From: Candidatus Xenobia bacterium
Lineage (GTDB): Bacteria > Vulcanimicrobiota > Xenobia > Xenobiales > QWHO01
DNA: 64,000 nucleotides
NCBI GenBank assembly: GCA_045863235.1
Contig: BTUM01000025.1
Location: 1 to 64,000 of the forward strand
Direction: 5' to 3'
Shown here: piece after piece, positions 48,301 through 56,704 of the stretch
Layout: every line of letters begins with the position of its first letter
How positions within the stretch are numbered: the first letter of the stretch is position 1
Notes under the pieces: model-generated
Told to the model about the DNA's origin: nothing
Database searches by the model: none
Seen by the model: the letters and a program-made list of their open reading frames with translations, nothing else
Translations under genes and position numbers: made by a program

Positions 48301-48991
48301 GCCCGAGCTGAAGGAGCTGCGCCTGGGCCCGGGGGTCAAGCTGGAGGTGGCCGGCGAGCAGGAGGAGCAGCAGAAGAGCTTTGCCGAGCTGGCAGTGGTG
48401 ATGGCCATCAGCATGGCCGGGATCTTCCTGGCTCTGGTCTTTCAGTTCAAGAGTGCGCTCAAGCCCATCTTAGTATATGCGGGCATCCCCTTCGGCTTCG
48501 TGGGAGCCATCGCCGCCCTGTGGGTGATGAATTCTCCTTTCGGGTTCATGGCCTTCCTGGGCATCGCCGCCCTGGTGGGCGTGATCGTGAGCCACATCAT
48601 CGTTCTGTTTGATTACATCGAGGAGATGCAGGCCGAGGGCGCCTGCTTCATGGACGCCCTGCTCGACGCGGGCATGGCCCGCCTGCGGCCGGTGCTCATC
48701 ACGGTGGGGGCCACGGTCTTCGCGATGTTCCCGCTGGTCCACAGCGGCGGCCCGCTGTGGGAGCCGCTCTGCTACACCCAGATCGGCGGGTTGACCGTGG
48801 CCACCTGTGTCACGCTGCTGCTGGTTCCGGTCATGTACTCCATCTTTGTCCTGGATTGGAAGATCCTCCGCTGGGAGGGCCCCCTGCTGCCGGCTGAGCC
48901 AGCCCCTGAAGCCGTTGAGTCTGTTGCACCCGAGGGCGCAGAGCCGGCCCCGGAAGCTGCCAAGCCTGAGCCCGAGGCAGGTGAGCCCTGA
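45344..48991 (+). CDS. RND efflux permease (AcrB/CusA family)
   Basis: VEQLVTRPVEE, GLLVDDPVV, RLRPVLIT; 1215 aa. Confidence 0.92.
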   Translation: MSHGRSDEELIASTHNSSRFFVEQRQIAWVLLIFTILGGLYGFRAMPQRKDPDIPVRRAVALIPWPGNSAERVEQLVTRPVEEAVSQNTYVTEVESISRTNLSIVYLDLDENLEDTGKQFDDVKMKLEGVQLPAGAGPIQFVKDFGDTAALMLTVASPPLSDQEIELRSQAIERAIREHRGKAAADPARFTLVACFPESTDERLLALVVADFLSFTRERGVASDLSVFGGPGYVAVDGRSKLSDEALLGHLLTFTQERLKLEELHPDLWEAAVIRTPSETREKLALVAGDKYSYRELDQLTEALADRLRTVPDATKVERAGVLEERIFLVYSQERLASYGMSVAGLADLLGARNIATGGGETQSGGSVVPLAPSGEFRSEKEIGDVAIAQEKGSPVYLRDLVSIDRSYESPATYLNFLTWRDDKGVWHRNRAITLTVQMRPGKKIGDFGREVDEVLAAASRELPPDLIIRRTSDQPLQVTENISLFMRCLLEAIALVVLISLVGFWEWRSALVMALAIPITLAMTFLFMAVCGIDLQQVSIAALILALGLLVDDPVVAGDAIKNELGRGHPQAIAAWLGPTRLATAILYATITNIVAYLPFLLLSGDTGRFLYSLPVVITCSLVASRLVSMTFIPLLGYYLLRPTRELPVHQRREHGYARVYYRVARWCVTHRWRVMALSGLLLALGAGLFLQLETQFFPKDLQYLSYLELRLPMDRTLVSTNREALQAEQLVREAASELEARLGRKVLKNMTTFLGGGGPRFWFSVEPELKQLYYAQIIIEVEDKRDTVPLLEAVSARTDRAFPGVQVDARQLETGKPIGVPVALRLTGQDLHQLRAAAEQLKSLLRKCPLATRVRDDWGEEGMVLEVVTDSDRANLAGVTHLDVAQSTAAALSGTPVTVLREGDRQIPVVARMRMDERAQLSDLRNLYVYSSQGQQKVRLGQVALVELKLEPQMVRRRRFARALTVGAFPIAGHLPSEIIRAIEPELKELRLGPGVKLEVAGEQEEQQKSFAELAVVMAISMAGIFLALVFQFKSALKPILVYAGIPFGFVGAIAALWVMNSPFGFMAFLGIAALVGVIVSHIIVLFDYIEEMQAEGACFMDALLDAGMARLRPVLITVGATVFAMFPLVHSGGPLWEPLCYTQIGGLTVATCVTLLLVPVMYSIFVLDWKILRWEGPLLPAEPAPEAVESVAPEGAEPAPEAAKPEPEAGEP

Positions 48992-49005
48992 GACGGCGCC
49001 TCGGC

Positions 49006-49743
49006 TTGCTGGCACTCGGCCTCCTGTTGACCTGGGTGCCCGGCCCGGTGACGGCCGACCCGTCGAGCGATCAGGTCCACCAGCTCGACGGCTCGACCCT
49101 GGTGCTGGTTCCGGCCGGGAGCTTTCTCATGGGCTCGAGCGCGGGCTCTCTGGATCAGCGTCCCGCCCGCCAGGTCAAGCTGCCCGCTTACTACATCGGC
49201 AAGCACGAGGTGACCAACCAGCAGTTTCGCAGGTTTCTCCAGGCCACCGGGACACCCGCCCCCGAGTCCTGGGCCCGGGCTGCCGACCGCTGGGGGGAGA
49301 GGGCCCCGGCCCTCTATCTTTCCTACTTCGATGCCCGGGCCTATTGCGACTGGGCCGGGCTGCGACTTCCCGACGAGGCGGAGTGGGAGCGGGCCGCCCG
49401 GGGCACCGATGGCCGTCGTTTTCCTTGGGGCAATGCCTTCGAGCTCACGCGCTGCCAGTGTGCCGCCGAGGGACCGGCCCCGGTGGACGCCCACCCCGAG
49501 GGAGCCTCGCCCTCGGGCTGTCTGGACATGGCCGGCAACGCATGGGAGTGGACCGACTCGTGGTATGACGCCTATCCTGGCTCGAGCTGGCGCTGCGATG
49601 AGTTCGGGAAGAAATTCCGGGTGCTGCGCGGAGGCTGCTGGCAGCATCGCAGCGCGGACTTTCTGGCAGTCTCCCAGCGCAGCTACAACCTGGCCGCCTC
49701 GCGCCTGGAGCCCTCCGGCTTTCGGGTGGCCCGCAACCTGTGA
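49006..49743 (+). CDS. Secreted FGE-sulfatase domain protein
   Basis: RLPDEAEWERAARG, DMAGNAWEW, RGGCW, GFR; start approximate. Confidence 0.82.
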   Translation: MLALGLLLTWVPGPVTADPSSDQVHQLDGSTLVLVPAGSFLMGSSAGSLDQRPARQVKLPAYYIGKHEVTNQQFRRFLQATGTPAPESWARAADRWGERAPALYLSYFDARAYCDWAGLRLPDEAEWERAARGTDGRRFPWGNAFELTRCQCAAEGPAPVDAHPEGASPSGCLDMAGNAWEWTDSWYDAYPGSSWRCDEFGKKFRVLRGGCWQHRSADFLAVSQRSYNLAASRLEPSGFRVARNL

Positions 49744-49809
49744 TGGAAGTTTGATGCTCATCATAGCCGCCCGGGGGAGGGGTCCCTCAGGCTGGCGCAA
49801 TCATGGCTC

Positions 49810-49916
49810 TAAAGTGCAAGGCCTTTGGTTTTGCACTTTACAACGCGCTGGAACGCAGTTCCGGCGCGTTCGTCAGATTGTGCTAATGTGCAAAACCAAA
49901 GTGCGAGCACATTAGC
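49810..49916 (+). other. Three-hairpin structured element with a mutually exclusive 14-bp pairing
   Basis: Stems 49810-23/49827-40, 49842-54/49858-70 and 49882-91/49907-16; 49823-36 is also perfectly complementary to 49888-901. Confidence 0.75.
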
Positions 49917-51012
49917 CGCAGTCACCTCCAGGCCCTTCTCGTCCCGGCTGGTCGCCGTGGTCAAGCTGGTCGAGGCGTGCAACCTGGCTTGTGCTTACTG
50001 CTATCAGTCCGGACGCCTCAACGCCGGCCAGGTCATGGAAGATCAGACCCTGGGTCGGGTGCTCGCCGAGCTTCACCGGGTGACCTCGGGTCCGGCCAGC
50101 CTGCTCTGGTATGGCGGCGAGCCGACCCTGGTTGGCCTGGGCAGGTTCTCGGCCATCGTCGCCCGGGCCGACGAGCTTTTTTCGCGACGGGGTGGGGTCG
50201 CCCACTCGCTGCAGACCAACGCAGTGTTGATCGACGAGGAGTGGGCCGACTTTCTGGCTTGCAGGAGCTTCGGGGTCTCCTTGAGCCTGGATGGGCCGGC
50301 CCAACTGCACGATGCCGCCCGTCCCAGGGCCGGCGGCGCGGGTAGCCATGCGGCTGTCGAGCGGGCGCTCGGTTGCCTGCAGAGGGCCGGGTTGAAGCCT
50401 CGGGCAGCCTGCGTGGTCGACCGCCACACGCTGGACTTCCCCGAGTTGCTGGTCGACTATTTTCACTCTCTGGGGCTCCACGAAATCGACTTTCCTCCGG
50501 CCCTGCGGGCCGGGCCAGGGGGCCTGGAGGCCCGCGTCACAGCCCTGGAGTATGGCCGCTTTATGACGCGCGTCCTGGATAGGTGGCTGGCCCTGGGCCA
50601 GCCGAATTTTCGCATCCGCAGCCTGGCCGGAGTGGTTCGCAAGCTGGCTGGCCTGTCGAGCTCTGTGTGCAAGCTGGAAGGTGACTGCTCGAGTTACGTC
50701 ACCTTCGCGCACAACGGCGATGTGTACCCTTGCGACGAGTTTTCGGCTTTCCCCGAGACCCGCCTGGGCAACGTGCGCGAGAGCCCCCTGGACTCGATCC
50801 TCGCAGCCCCCGAGGCCCGGACGCTCTACTCGTCCTGGGCTGTTGTGCCCGAGGAATGCTCGGATTGTCGCTGGAGAGAGATGTGCCGTGGCAGCTGCCC
50901 GTTCGAGCGGAAGATGGCCGGCGGGGTCGATCGTCCTTCCATCCTGTGCGACGGCCTCAAACTGATCTTCGAGCGGGTCGACGACATCCTTCGGGCCGCC
51001 CGGAAAACATGA
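49825..51012 (+). CDS. Radical SAM/SPASM protein, anSME-like
   Basis: CNLACAYCY, WYGGEPTL, QTN, SLDGP..HD; full SPASM Cys set. The real start may be the GTG at 49888. Confidence 0.88.
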   Translation: MVLHFTTRWNAVPARSSDCANVQNQSASTLAAVTSRPFSSRLVAVVKLVEACNLACAYCYQSGRLNAGQVMEDQTLGRVLAELHRVTSGPASLLWYGGEPTLVGLGRFSAIVARADELFSRRGGVAHSLQTNAVLIDEEWADFLACRSFGVSLSLDGPAQLHDAARPRAGGAGSHAAVERALGCLQRAGLKPRAACVVDRHTLDFPELLVDYFHSLGLHEIDFPPALRAGPGGLEARVTALEYGRFMTRVLDRWLALGQPNFRIRSLAGVVRKLAGLSSSVCKLEGDCSSYVTFAHNGDVYPCDEFSAFPETRLGNVRESPLDSILAAPEARTLYSSWAVVPEECSDCRWREMCRGSCPFERKMAGGVDRPSILCDGLKLIFERVDDILRAARKT

Positions 51013-51085
51013 CTATCGTCAGAGACTTCCCTGGCTGATTCTTGCTACGATGTCCCAAAGGCCATCGGAGGGAGCTTGATTTGCT

Positions 51086-52744
51086 ATGGACTTGACCAGC
51101 CTGGGACGACCCTTCCTGAATCCCCAGAACCCGGCGCCGAGCGAGCAGGCGCAGTACCTTCGCCTGTTGATCCAATCGTCAGGATCCGAGCAGCTTAAGA
51201 AAATGGTTTCCGAGAACCAGCTCGGCGATGATGAGCTGGTTCAGTTCATCATGGAGCACCCCGAGGAGCTGCAGGGCCCCCGCGGTCAGGGCAGCGCCTT
51301 TGCCTTCGCCGTGGCCGGGAGCAGCAAGGCCAGCGCCACGAGCTCGGCTTCCTCGGCCTCCTCGGCTGCGCCCGGCGACTCCTTCTCGGCCTCCGAGGAG
51401 GATGACGAGGGCGACTCCGACCTCAAGCCGTTCAGCCAGGACGAGACCATGGCCGCGCCCTCCATGTGCGCGATGGGCGGGGTCAGCTCAGCCGACAAAG
51501 CCAAGCCCGAGATGCAGCAGAACCTCAAGGAATGCAAGGCCATCTCCAAGGCCCTGAGCGAGCTTCAGAGCCAGGACGAGGAATCGGGCTCCTCCGGGCT
51601 CTCGGCGGCCGTGGCCGAGCTGCGCTCCAAGGAGCAGATCATTCGCTCGTGCCTCAAGCGGGGCAAAGGGGCGGCCAACGATTCCTACCAGTCGCAGGGG
51701 GTGGATCCCAAGGACGAGGCGGCCGTATCCAGCTTCGTGGCCCGCATCGGCAAAGAAGTGATCGACATCGGGATGAAGTGCGGCCTGGAGATTGAGGTCT
51801 CCGAGAAGCGTGCCAGCCGACTTCAGGCCGGTGGTCTCAATCCTGGCGGTGCTGCTGCTGCTGCTGCTGAGGGCCCCGGGAACGGCAAGAACGGTGCCAC
51901 CGTCCAGGGCGCAGACAAGGGTAAGGCGCCGGGAGGCCCTCAGGAGAAGACGCAGGGGGCCAACCAGGGCCAGGGCGGCGAGGGTGATGACGACGTCTTC
52001 CAGATCACCACCCAGAAGACCGAGAAGCAGATCGAGGTGGGAGCCGACGAGGTGGCCTCCAACCCGGCCATGGCCGGAGCCATGATCGACCAGCTCACCG
52101 CCATGTGGGAGCAGAAGCAGCAGCTCGGCGATGCCTTCCAGGCGCCGGCGGTGCTCGACCTGGGCGAGACCCGGCAGGGAAGTCCGCTCGACCAGGCCTT
52201 CTCGGCCCCCCGTCCGGGGGGCCCGGGAGAGAACGGCCAGCAATCGGCCGGTCCAGCCGGGCCGGGTGCGGGTGGCCCAATGGCAGCCCCTGCTCCCTGG
52301 CCGAGCACCAACGGTGCCAACGGCGGGGCCCCGGTGGCACCGACCGGGGCCCGGCCCATGCCGGCCGGCGGGGCTGGTGCTGGTCGGGCCCCGCGCGACC
52401 TGCAATCGCTCATGGCCGCGCTGGGCATGTCGGGCAAGAAGTTCGCCGCCAAGATCCACGTCTACGATCCCAACGCCCAGGTCAGCCTGAGCAAAGGCGG
52501 GGGCGGGGGCGGGGTCAAGGTGAACGGCAACCTGAGCGGCAAAGCGATCAACGTCAAGATCCCCAAGATGGTGGGACGGGCCGCCGATGGCTCGATGCAC
52601 GCCCTCTCCGGCCTGAGCCGGGTAGACAACGGTGGGAGCTTCCTCGCCTCCATCCGGGGCGAGGCCACCGGCGCCGAGGCCGCCAAGCAGCTGCACACCA
52701 CCGGGAATGGATCGATCTCCATCCCGGGCACCAAAGCCAACTGA
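51086..52744 (+). CDS. 552-aa low-complexity Gly/Ala/Ser/Gln-rich protein of unknown function
   Basis: SD GGAGGGAG, upstream TACGAT, host-like codon use; embedded in the radical SAM cluster. Confidence 0.75.
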   Translation: MDLTSLGRPFLNPQNPAPSEQAQYLRLLIQSSGSEQLKKMVSENQLGDDELVQFIMEHPEELQGPRGQGSAFAFAVAGSSKASATSSASSASSAAPGDSFSASEEDDEGDSDLKPFSQDETMAAPSMCAMGGVSSADKAKPEMQQNLKECKAISKALSELQSQDEESGSSGLSAAVAELRSKEQIIRSCLKRGKGAANDSYQSQGVDPKDEAAVSSFVARIGKEVIDIGMKCGLEIEVSEKRASRLQAGGLNPGGAAAAAAEGPGNGKNGATVQGADKGKAPGGPQEKTQGANQGQGGEGDDDVFQITTQKTEKQIEVGADEVASNPAMAGAMIDQLTAMWEQKQQLGDAFQAPAVLDLGETRQGSPLDQAFSAPRPGGPGENGQQSAGPAGPGAGGPMAAPAPWPSTNGANGGAPVAPTGARPMPAGGAGAGRAPRDLQSLMAALGMSGKKFAAKIHVYDPNAQVSLSKGGGGGGVKVNGNLSGKAINVKIPKMVGRAADGSMHALSGLSRVDNGGSFLASIRGEATGAEAAKQLHTTGNGSISIPGTKAN

Positions 52745-52762
52745 GCCGGGGAGGGTCGAGCC

Positions 52763-53740
52763 GTGCCTGAGATCATCTGTCTCGAGGTCACCAACCGCTG
52801 CAACCTCGATTGCGTGCACTGCAACAAGCAGGTCAACCAGCACCCCATCCGGGACATCCCGGTCGACCTGGTGGACAGCATCCTCGAGCAGGCCCGGCCC
52901 TTCAGCCCGAGGGTGGTGGCCCTGACCGGGGGCGAGCCCACCACCCACAAGCAGTTCGAGGAGCTGGTCGCCACCATCGCTCGCCACGACTACGGCTATA
53001 CCCTGGTGACCAACGGCCAGAACTTCCGCGAGAGCCACAAGGTGCTGCTGCGTCACAGCAATCGGCTGCTGGGTGTAACCTTCAGCCTGGAGGGGGCGAC
53101 GAGCGAGACCAACGACCCAATTCGGGGCCCCAACACCTTCGACCGGCTGATGGATGCTCTGGAGCTTTGCCGCCGCCATGGTCTGAGTTTCGGCCTGCAA
53201 ACCGTGCTCAGCACCCGCAACGTGGGCGAGATGGATGCCCTGGTCGAGCTGGCCGTCGCCCAGGGAGTCGATCAGCTCAATTTCATCCTGATGCGGCCGG
53301 CCCCCCGTCCCATCGAGGAAGGGCTGATGCTCGACCTGGAAGCAGCCGAGGCCGTCGAGAAGAAGGTGGCTGACCTTCGCAAGAACGAGCGTCGCATCAA
53401 GGTGGACATGACCACCGGCTATTTCTCCCCCCAGCCCCTGTACGCGTGCCGCCCGCTGGGGATGACCATCATCAGCATCGACTACAACGGCTACCTGCGC
53501 TTTTGTCCCGATATCTCCAACTATCGGGGCGCTGGTTGCGCCGAGGATGATACCGATGTCATCGCCGATCTGGCCATGCGCCCCTTGCAGTGGGCTTTGA
53601 AGGCGCTGTCCAACCGCATCGCCCTGTTCTGGCAGAACAAGATCGACTACACGGTGATGGACGACCTGGCTCCCACCGACTTCTTCCCCTGTTACTACTG
53701 CCTCCGTTACTTCAACAAGGCTGACTGTCTGGACGTTTAA
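52763..53740 (+). CDS. Radical SAM protein with Twitch-like C-terminal Cys domain
   Basis: CNLDCVHC, TGGEP, VTNG, C...G.LRFC...PCYYC. Confidence 0.88.
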   Translation: MPEIICLEVTNRCNLDCVHCNKQVNQHPIRDIPVDLVDSILEQARPFSPRVVALTGGEPTTHKQFEELVATIARHDYGYTLVTNGQNFRESHKVLLRHSNRLLGVTFSLEGATSETNDPIRGPNTFDRLMDALELCRRHGLSFGLQTVLSTRNVGEMDALVELAVAQGVDQLNFILMRPAPRPIEEGLMLDLEAAEAVEKKVADLRKNERRIKVDMTTGYFSPQPLYACRPLGMTIISIDYNGYLRFCPDISNYRGAGCAEDDTDVIADLAMRPLQWALKALSNRIALFWQNKIDYTVMDDLAPTDFFPCYYCLRYFNKADCLDV

Positions 53741-53744
53741 ACAG

Positions 53745-54848
53745 TTGTACGGCAGCGAGCAGATCTGCTTTTCCACCCGCAAGCCCCGCGACAGCTGGCT
53801 CTCGGTGGGTCCCGATGGGGAGCGACCGGGCCCCAACAAGGCGGTGCTGGAGATTACGCGAGCCTGCAACATGCGCTGCCTGCACTGTGCCTCCGCGGCC
53901 GGCACGGTGCGTCCCAACGAGCTGAGCACCGAGCGGATGCTGACCCTCATCGACGAGCTGCACGAGCTGGGCGTGGAGGACATGGTCTTCTCCGGGGGCG
54001 AGCCGCTGGTGCGCAAGGACTGGCCTGTTCTCGCGGCCCGGGTGCGAGGCCACGGCATGAGCCTGGGCATGGTGTCGAACGGGACCTTCGCTCTGCGTCA
54101 CATGCACCACATCCGCGAGTATCTGACGGCCTACTCGATGAGCCTGGACGGCATGGAGGAGACCCACAACCACATCCGCTGCAGCCCTACCGCCTTTTCC
54201 GACGTCTTCGCCGCCTTCGACGAGTTGGCCGAGCATGACGTCTACCGCTTCGCCGTCACCTCGATCTCCAAGCTCAACCTGCACCAGCTCGAGGACATGT
54301 ACCGGCTGCTGGTCGAGCACGACGTGGTGGGCTGGCAGGTGCAGCTGGTCTTCGCCTCCGGTCGCATGCGCGAGCGAGAGGAGCTCATCTGCTCGCCCGA
54401 GGACCTCTATCGGATCACCGAATTTCTGGCCCGGGTCCGGGACGAGTCGCTGCTCGAGCTGCACACCGGCGACAACATCGGCTACTACACCGCCCTGGAG
54501 GACACGGTGCGCGGCTGCACCTGGAGAGGCTGCCAGGCGGGTCTGTCGTTGATCAGCATCGAGGCCGATGGCAACGTCAAAGGATGCCTGTGTCAGGAGC
54601 CGGAGCTTCGCGAGGGCAAGAAGTTCGTGGAAGGCAACGTGAACCACCGCCCCATCGCCGACATCTGGCGAGACGACAGCCTGTTTGCCTACAATCGCCA
54701 GTTTGACCTGGGCCAGGCCCGGGGCTTTTGCGCCAGCTGCCGCCACCTCAAGCTGTGCCGCTGCGGCTGCACGGCCTTTGCCCACTATGTCTCCGGGACC
54801 AAGTACAACAACCCGTACTGCCTTTATCGCCTGATGGCGACAACCTGA
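53745..54848 (+). CDS. Radical SAM/SPASM peptide maturase, PlpX/splicease-like family
   Basis: EITRACNMRCLHCAS.AG..RPNELS, WQVQL, DNIGYY, WRGCQAG..IEADGNVKGC, GFC..C....C..GC, NNPYC. Confidence 0.85.
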   Translation: MYGSEQICFSTRKPRDSWLSVGPDGERPGPNKAVLEITRACNMRCLHCASAAGTVRPNELSTERMLTLIDELHELGVEDMVFSGGEPLVRKDWPVLAARVRGHGMSLGMVSNGTFALRHMHHIREYLTAYSMSLDGMEETHNHIRCSPTAFSDVFAAFDELAEHDVYRFAVTSISKLNLHQLEDMYRLLVEHDVVGWQVQLVFASGRMREREELICSPEDLYRITEFLARVRDESLLELHTGDNIGYYTALEDTVRGCTWRGCQAGLSLISIEADGNVKGCLCQEPELREGKKFVEGNVNHRPIADIWRDDSLFAYNRQFDLGQARGFCASCRHLKLCRCGCTAFAHYVSGTKYNNPYCLYRLMATT

Positions 54849-54849
54849 C

Positions 54850-55590
54850 ATGGCCTGGTACGACGAGGACTACTTCGAGGAAGACTACTTCTTGCTCGAG
54901 GAGCCGACCGACCTCGAAACCATCGCCCACGTCGCCTTTCTGAGGTCTTTCCTGGAAGAGGGGGCCCTGGAGGTGCTCGACCTGGCCTGCGGCTCGGGGA
55001 GGCTGTCGCTGGCCCTGGCTCGGCTCGCTCACAGGGTCACCGGGCTGGACGCAAGCCCGCGGATGATCGAGCGGCTTGGGGCCGAGGCGACCCGAGTCGG
55101 CCAGTCGGTCGAGACGGTCTGCCAGGACATGCGTACGCTCGCCTTTCAGGCCCGCTTCGACCTCGTGCTCAGCTTCGCTCACTCGTTCGGCTACTTCCGA
55201 GACGAGGAGAACCTGGCCGTGCTGCGTGGCGTCCAGCGCTCGCTCAAGAGCGGCGGCCGCTTCCTGCTCGATCTGGCCAACCGCGAGAGCCTGTTGCATG
55301 ATTTTGACCGGCACGCCCGGCGCTGGATTGTGAAGAAGGGGAACTACATCATGTTTCGCCGCGAGATGGACCCTTTGACCGGTCGCCTGGACTCCTACGT
55401 CACCCTCCTGCGCGAAGGGGGACTGGCCCGCGAGCACACCACCTCGGTCCGCTACTACGCCTATCCCGAGCTCAAGCTCATGCTGCAACAGGCGGGCCTG
55501 GGCATTCTCGAGGTCTACGGCAGCTACGAGCGCACTCCCTACTCGTTCTCGAGCCCGCGCATGGTCGTTCTGGCAGAGCGGCCGGGGTGA
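54850..55590 (+). CDS. Class I SAM-dependent methyltransferase
   Basis: VLDLACGSGR, GLD, DMR, SFGYF, LKSGGRFLLD. Confidence 0.9.
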   Translation: MAWYDEDYFEEDYFLLEEPTDLETIAHVAFLRSFLEEGALEVLDLACGSGRLSLALARLAHRVTGLDASPRMIERLGAEATRVGQSVETVCQDMRTLAFQARFDLVLSFAHSFGYFRDEENLAVLRGVQRSLKSGGRFLLDLANRESLLHDFDRHARRWIVKKGNYIMFRREMDPLTGRLDSYVTLLREGGLAREHTTSVRYYAYPELKLMLQQAGLGILEVYGSYERTPYSFSSPRMVVLAERPG

Positions 55591-55593
55591 GCG

Positions 55594-56247
55594 TCAGGCC
55601 TTCGCGCAGACGGGGCTGCCCGCTCGAAGCAAAGCCAGGTGGTCGAGAAAGTCGGCCCGGGTACCGAGTGGCAGCTGTCGCAAGCTTAGACCGGCTGTCC
55701 GACCGACGACGAGCATGCGGCACAGAATCTCGAAGGTCTCCACGCCCACCACAGCTTCTTCCAGGGAGCCCGCCGCCAGAATGACGCCGTGATTTTCGAG
55801 CAGGCCGATCTCGCCGAGACCGAGCCTGGAGGCGGTGGCCTGGGCCAGGGCCGCGGAGCCCGGGTGGGAATACGGGATGCGGACCAAGCCCCGGATGTAG
55901 GCCATCGTCTCAGGGAGGAGATCCAGGGGGATCGGCTCGCCCGTGCAGGCGAGCAGGGTGCTGTAGAAGGGCGAGGAGTGGAAGACCGCGCCCGCCTCGG
56001 GGATTTTCTCGTAAAGCAGCCGGTGCATCTCTGACTCCATGGACGGCCTGCCGGTTTCGGCGCGCCCATCGACGATCGAGCAACGGATCACATCTTCGTC
56101 GCGCAGGTTGCCCAGGAAGGACCCGCTGCCTGTGATGAGCATGAAAGCGCCGTCTCGGACGCTGAGATTGCCGGACTTTCCGGTCAGGCACCCGGCTGCT
56201 GAGGCATACTGCCCCCACCTGATGACGTCTCGCGCGGATTGACTCAT
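55594..56247 (-). CDS. Class II aldolase/adducin family protein
   Basis: SGNLSVR, ITGSG, PSMESEMH, FHSSP, LLENHG. Confidence 0.88.
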   Translation of the reverse strand: MSQSARDVIRWGQYASAAGCLTGKSGNLSVRDGAFMLITGSGSFLGNLRDEDVIRCSIVDGRAETGRPSMESEMHRLLYEKIPEAGAVFHSSPFYSTLLACTGEPIPLDLLPETMAYIRGLVRIPYSHPGSAALAQATASRLGLGEIGLLENHGVILAAGSLEEAVVGVETFEILCRMLVVGRTAGLSLRQLPLGTRADFLDHLALLRAGSPVCAKA

Positions 56248-56251
56248 CGGC

Positions 56252-56516
56252 TCAGCCCACCGTGACTTTGTCGCCACGCTCGAGCATGCTTCCGGCCAGT
56301 TTTTCGGCCAGGTAGATCGCGTCCTCGCGCAGCCCTCTTAGAAACTGACTGCGGAAGGTGCGTGAATCGACCAGTCCCAGGAAGTAGAGGCCGGGCATCT
56401 CGCGGCTCTGAAGATCGTAGACCCAGCCCTCCCGGGCCCGCCCCGATGATCAGCACCGGGCAGATCGTCGTCGGCTGATTCTCCCGGTCCTGGATGTTGT
56501 CTGATCGCTTGCTCAC
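56252..56516 (-). pseudogene. Internally deleted flavin monooxygenase relic
   Basis: VLIIGAGPGGL is followed within about 40 nt, in another frame, by the C-terminal motif PGLYFLGL..RTFRSQFLRGLREDA. Confidence 0.65.
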
Positions 56517-56630
56517 GACTTTGCTCCCCGCACAAATTGTCGAGGGTCTCCCCCCGGTGGTTGACAGCCTACCGCTCGATTTGCCCGGGACGCATTGATC
56601 GCCGTCAAAGAGAGCGAAGTCTGCCGGGCA

Positions 56631-56663
56631 GGCCAGAGATTTTTCAGCTCCTGATGCTAGGGT
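56631..56663 (+). promoter_or_regulatory. Shared promoter GGCCAG-N5-TTTCAG-N10-TAGGGT
   Basis: TTTCAGCTCC-N5-CTAGG is shared with the 27717-27749 site. Confidence 0.6.
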
Positions 56664-56704
56664 GATGCTGGAGTTGCGCCACGAAAGCGGAGGATTGAAG
56701 TCCG

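Noticed and set aside
49006..51012. FGE-domain gene beside an anSME-like rSAM as a dual sulfatase-maturation system
   Set aside because: No sulfatase in the window, and both FGE-domain proteins lack the catalytic Cys pair after RGGxW.
51851..51868. (GCT)6 tract, and the G8 run near 42283, as phase-variation loci
   Set aside because: The triplet repeat keeps the frame (poly-Ala); the G run is in a post-gene GC-rich spacer.
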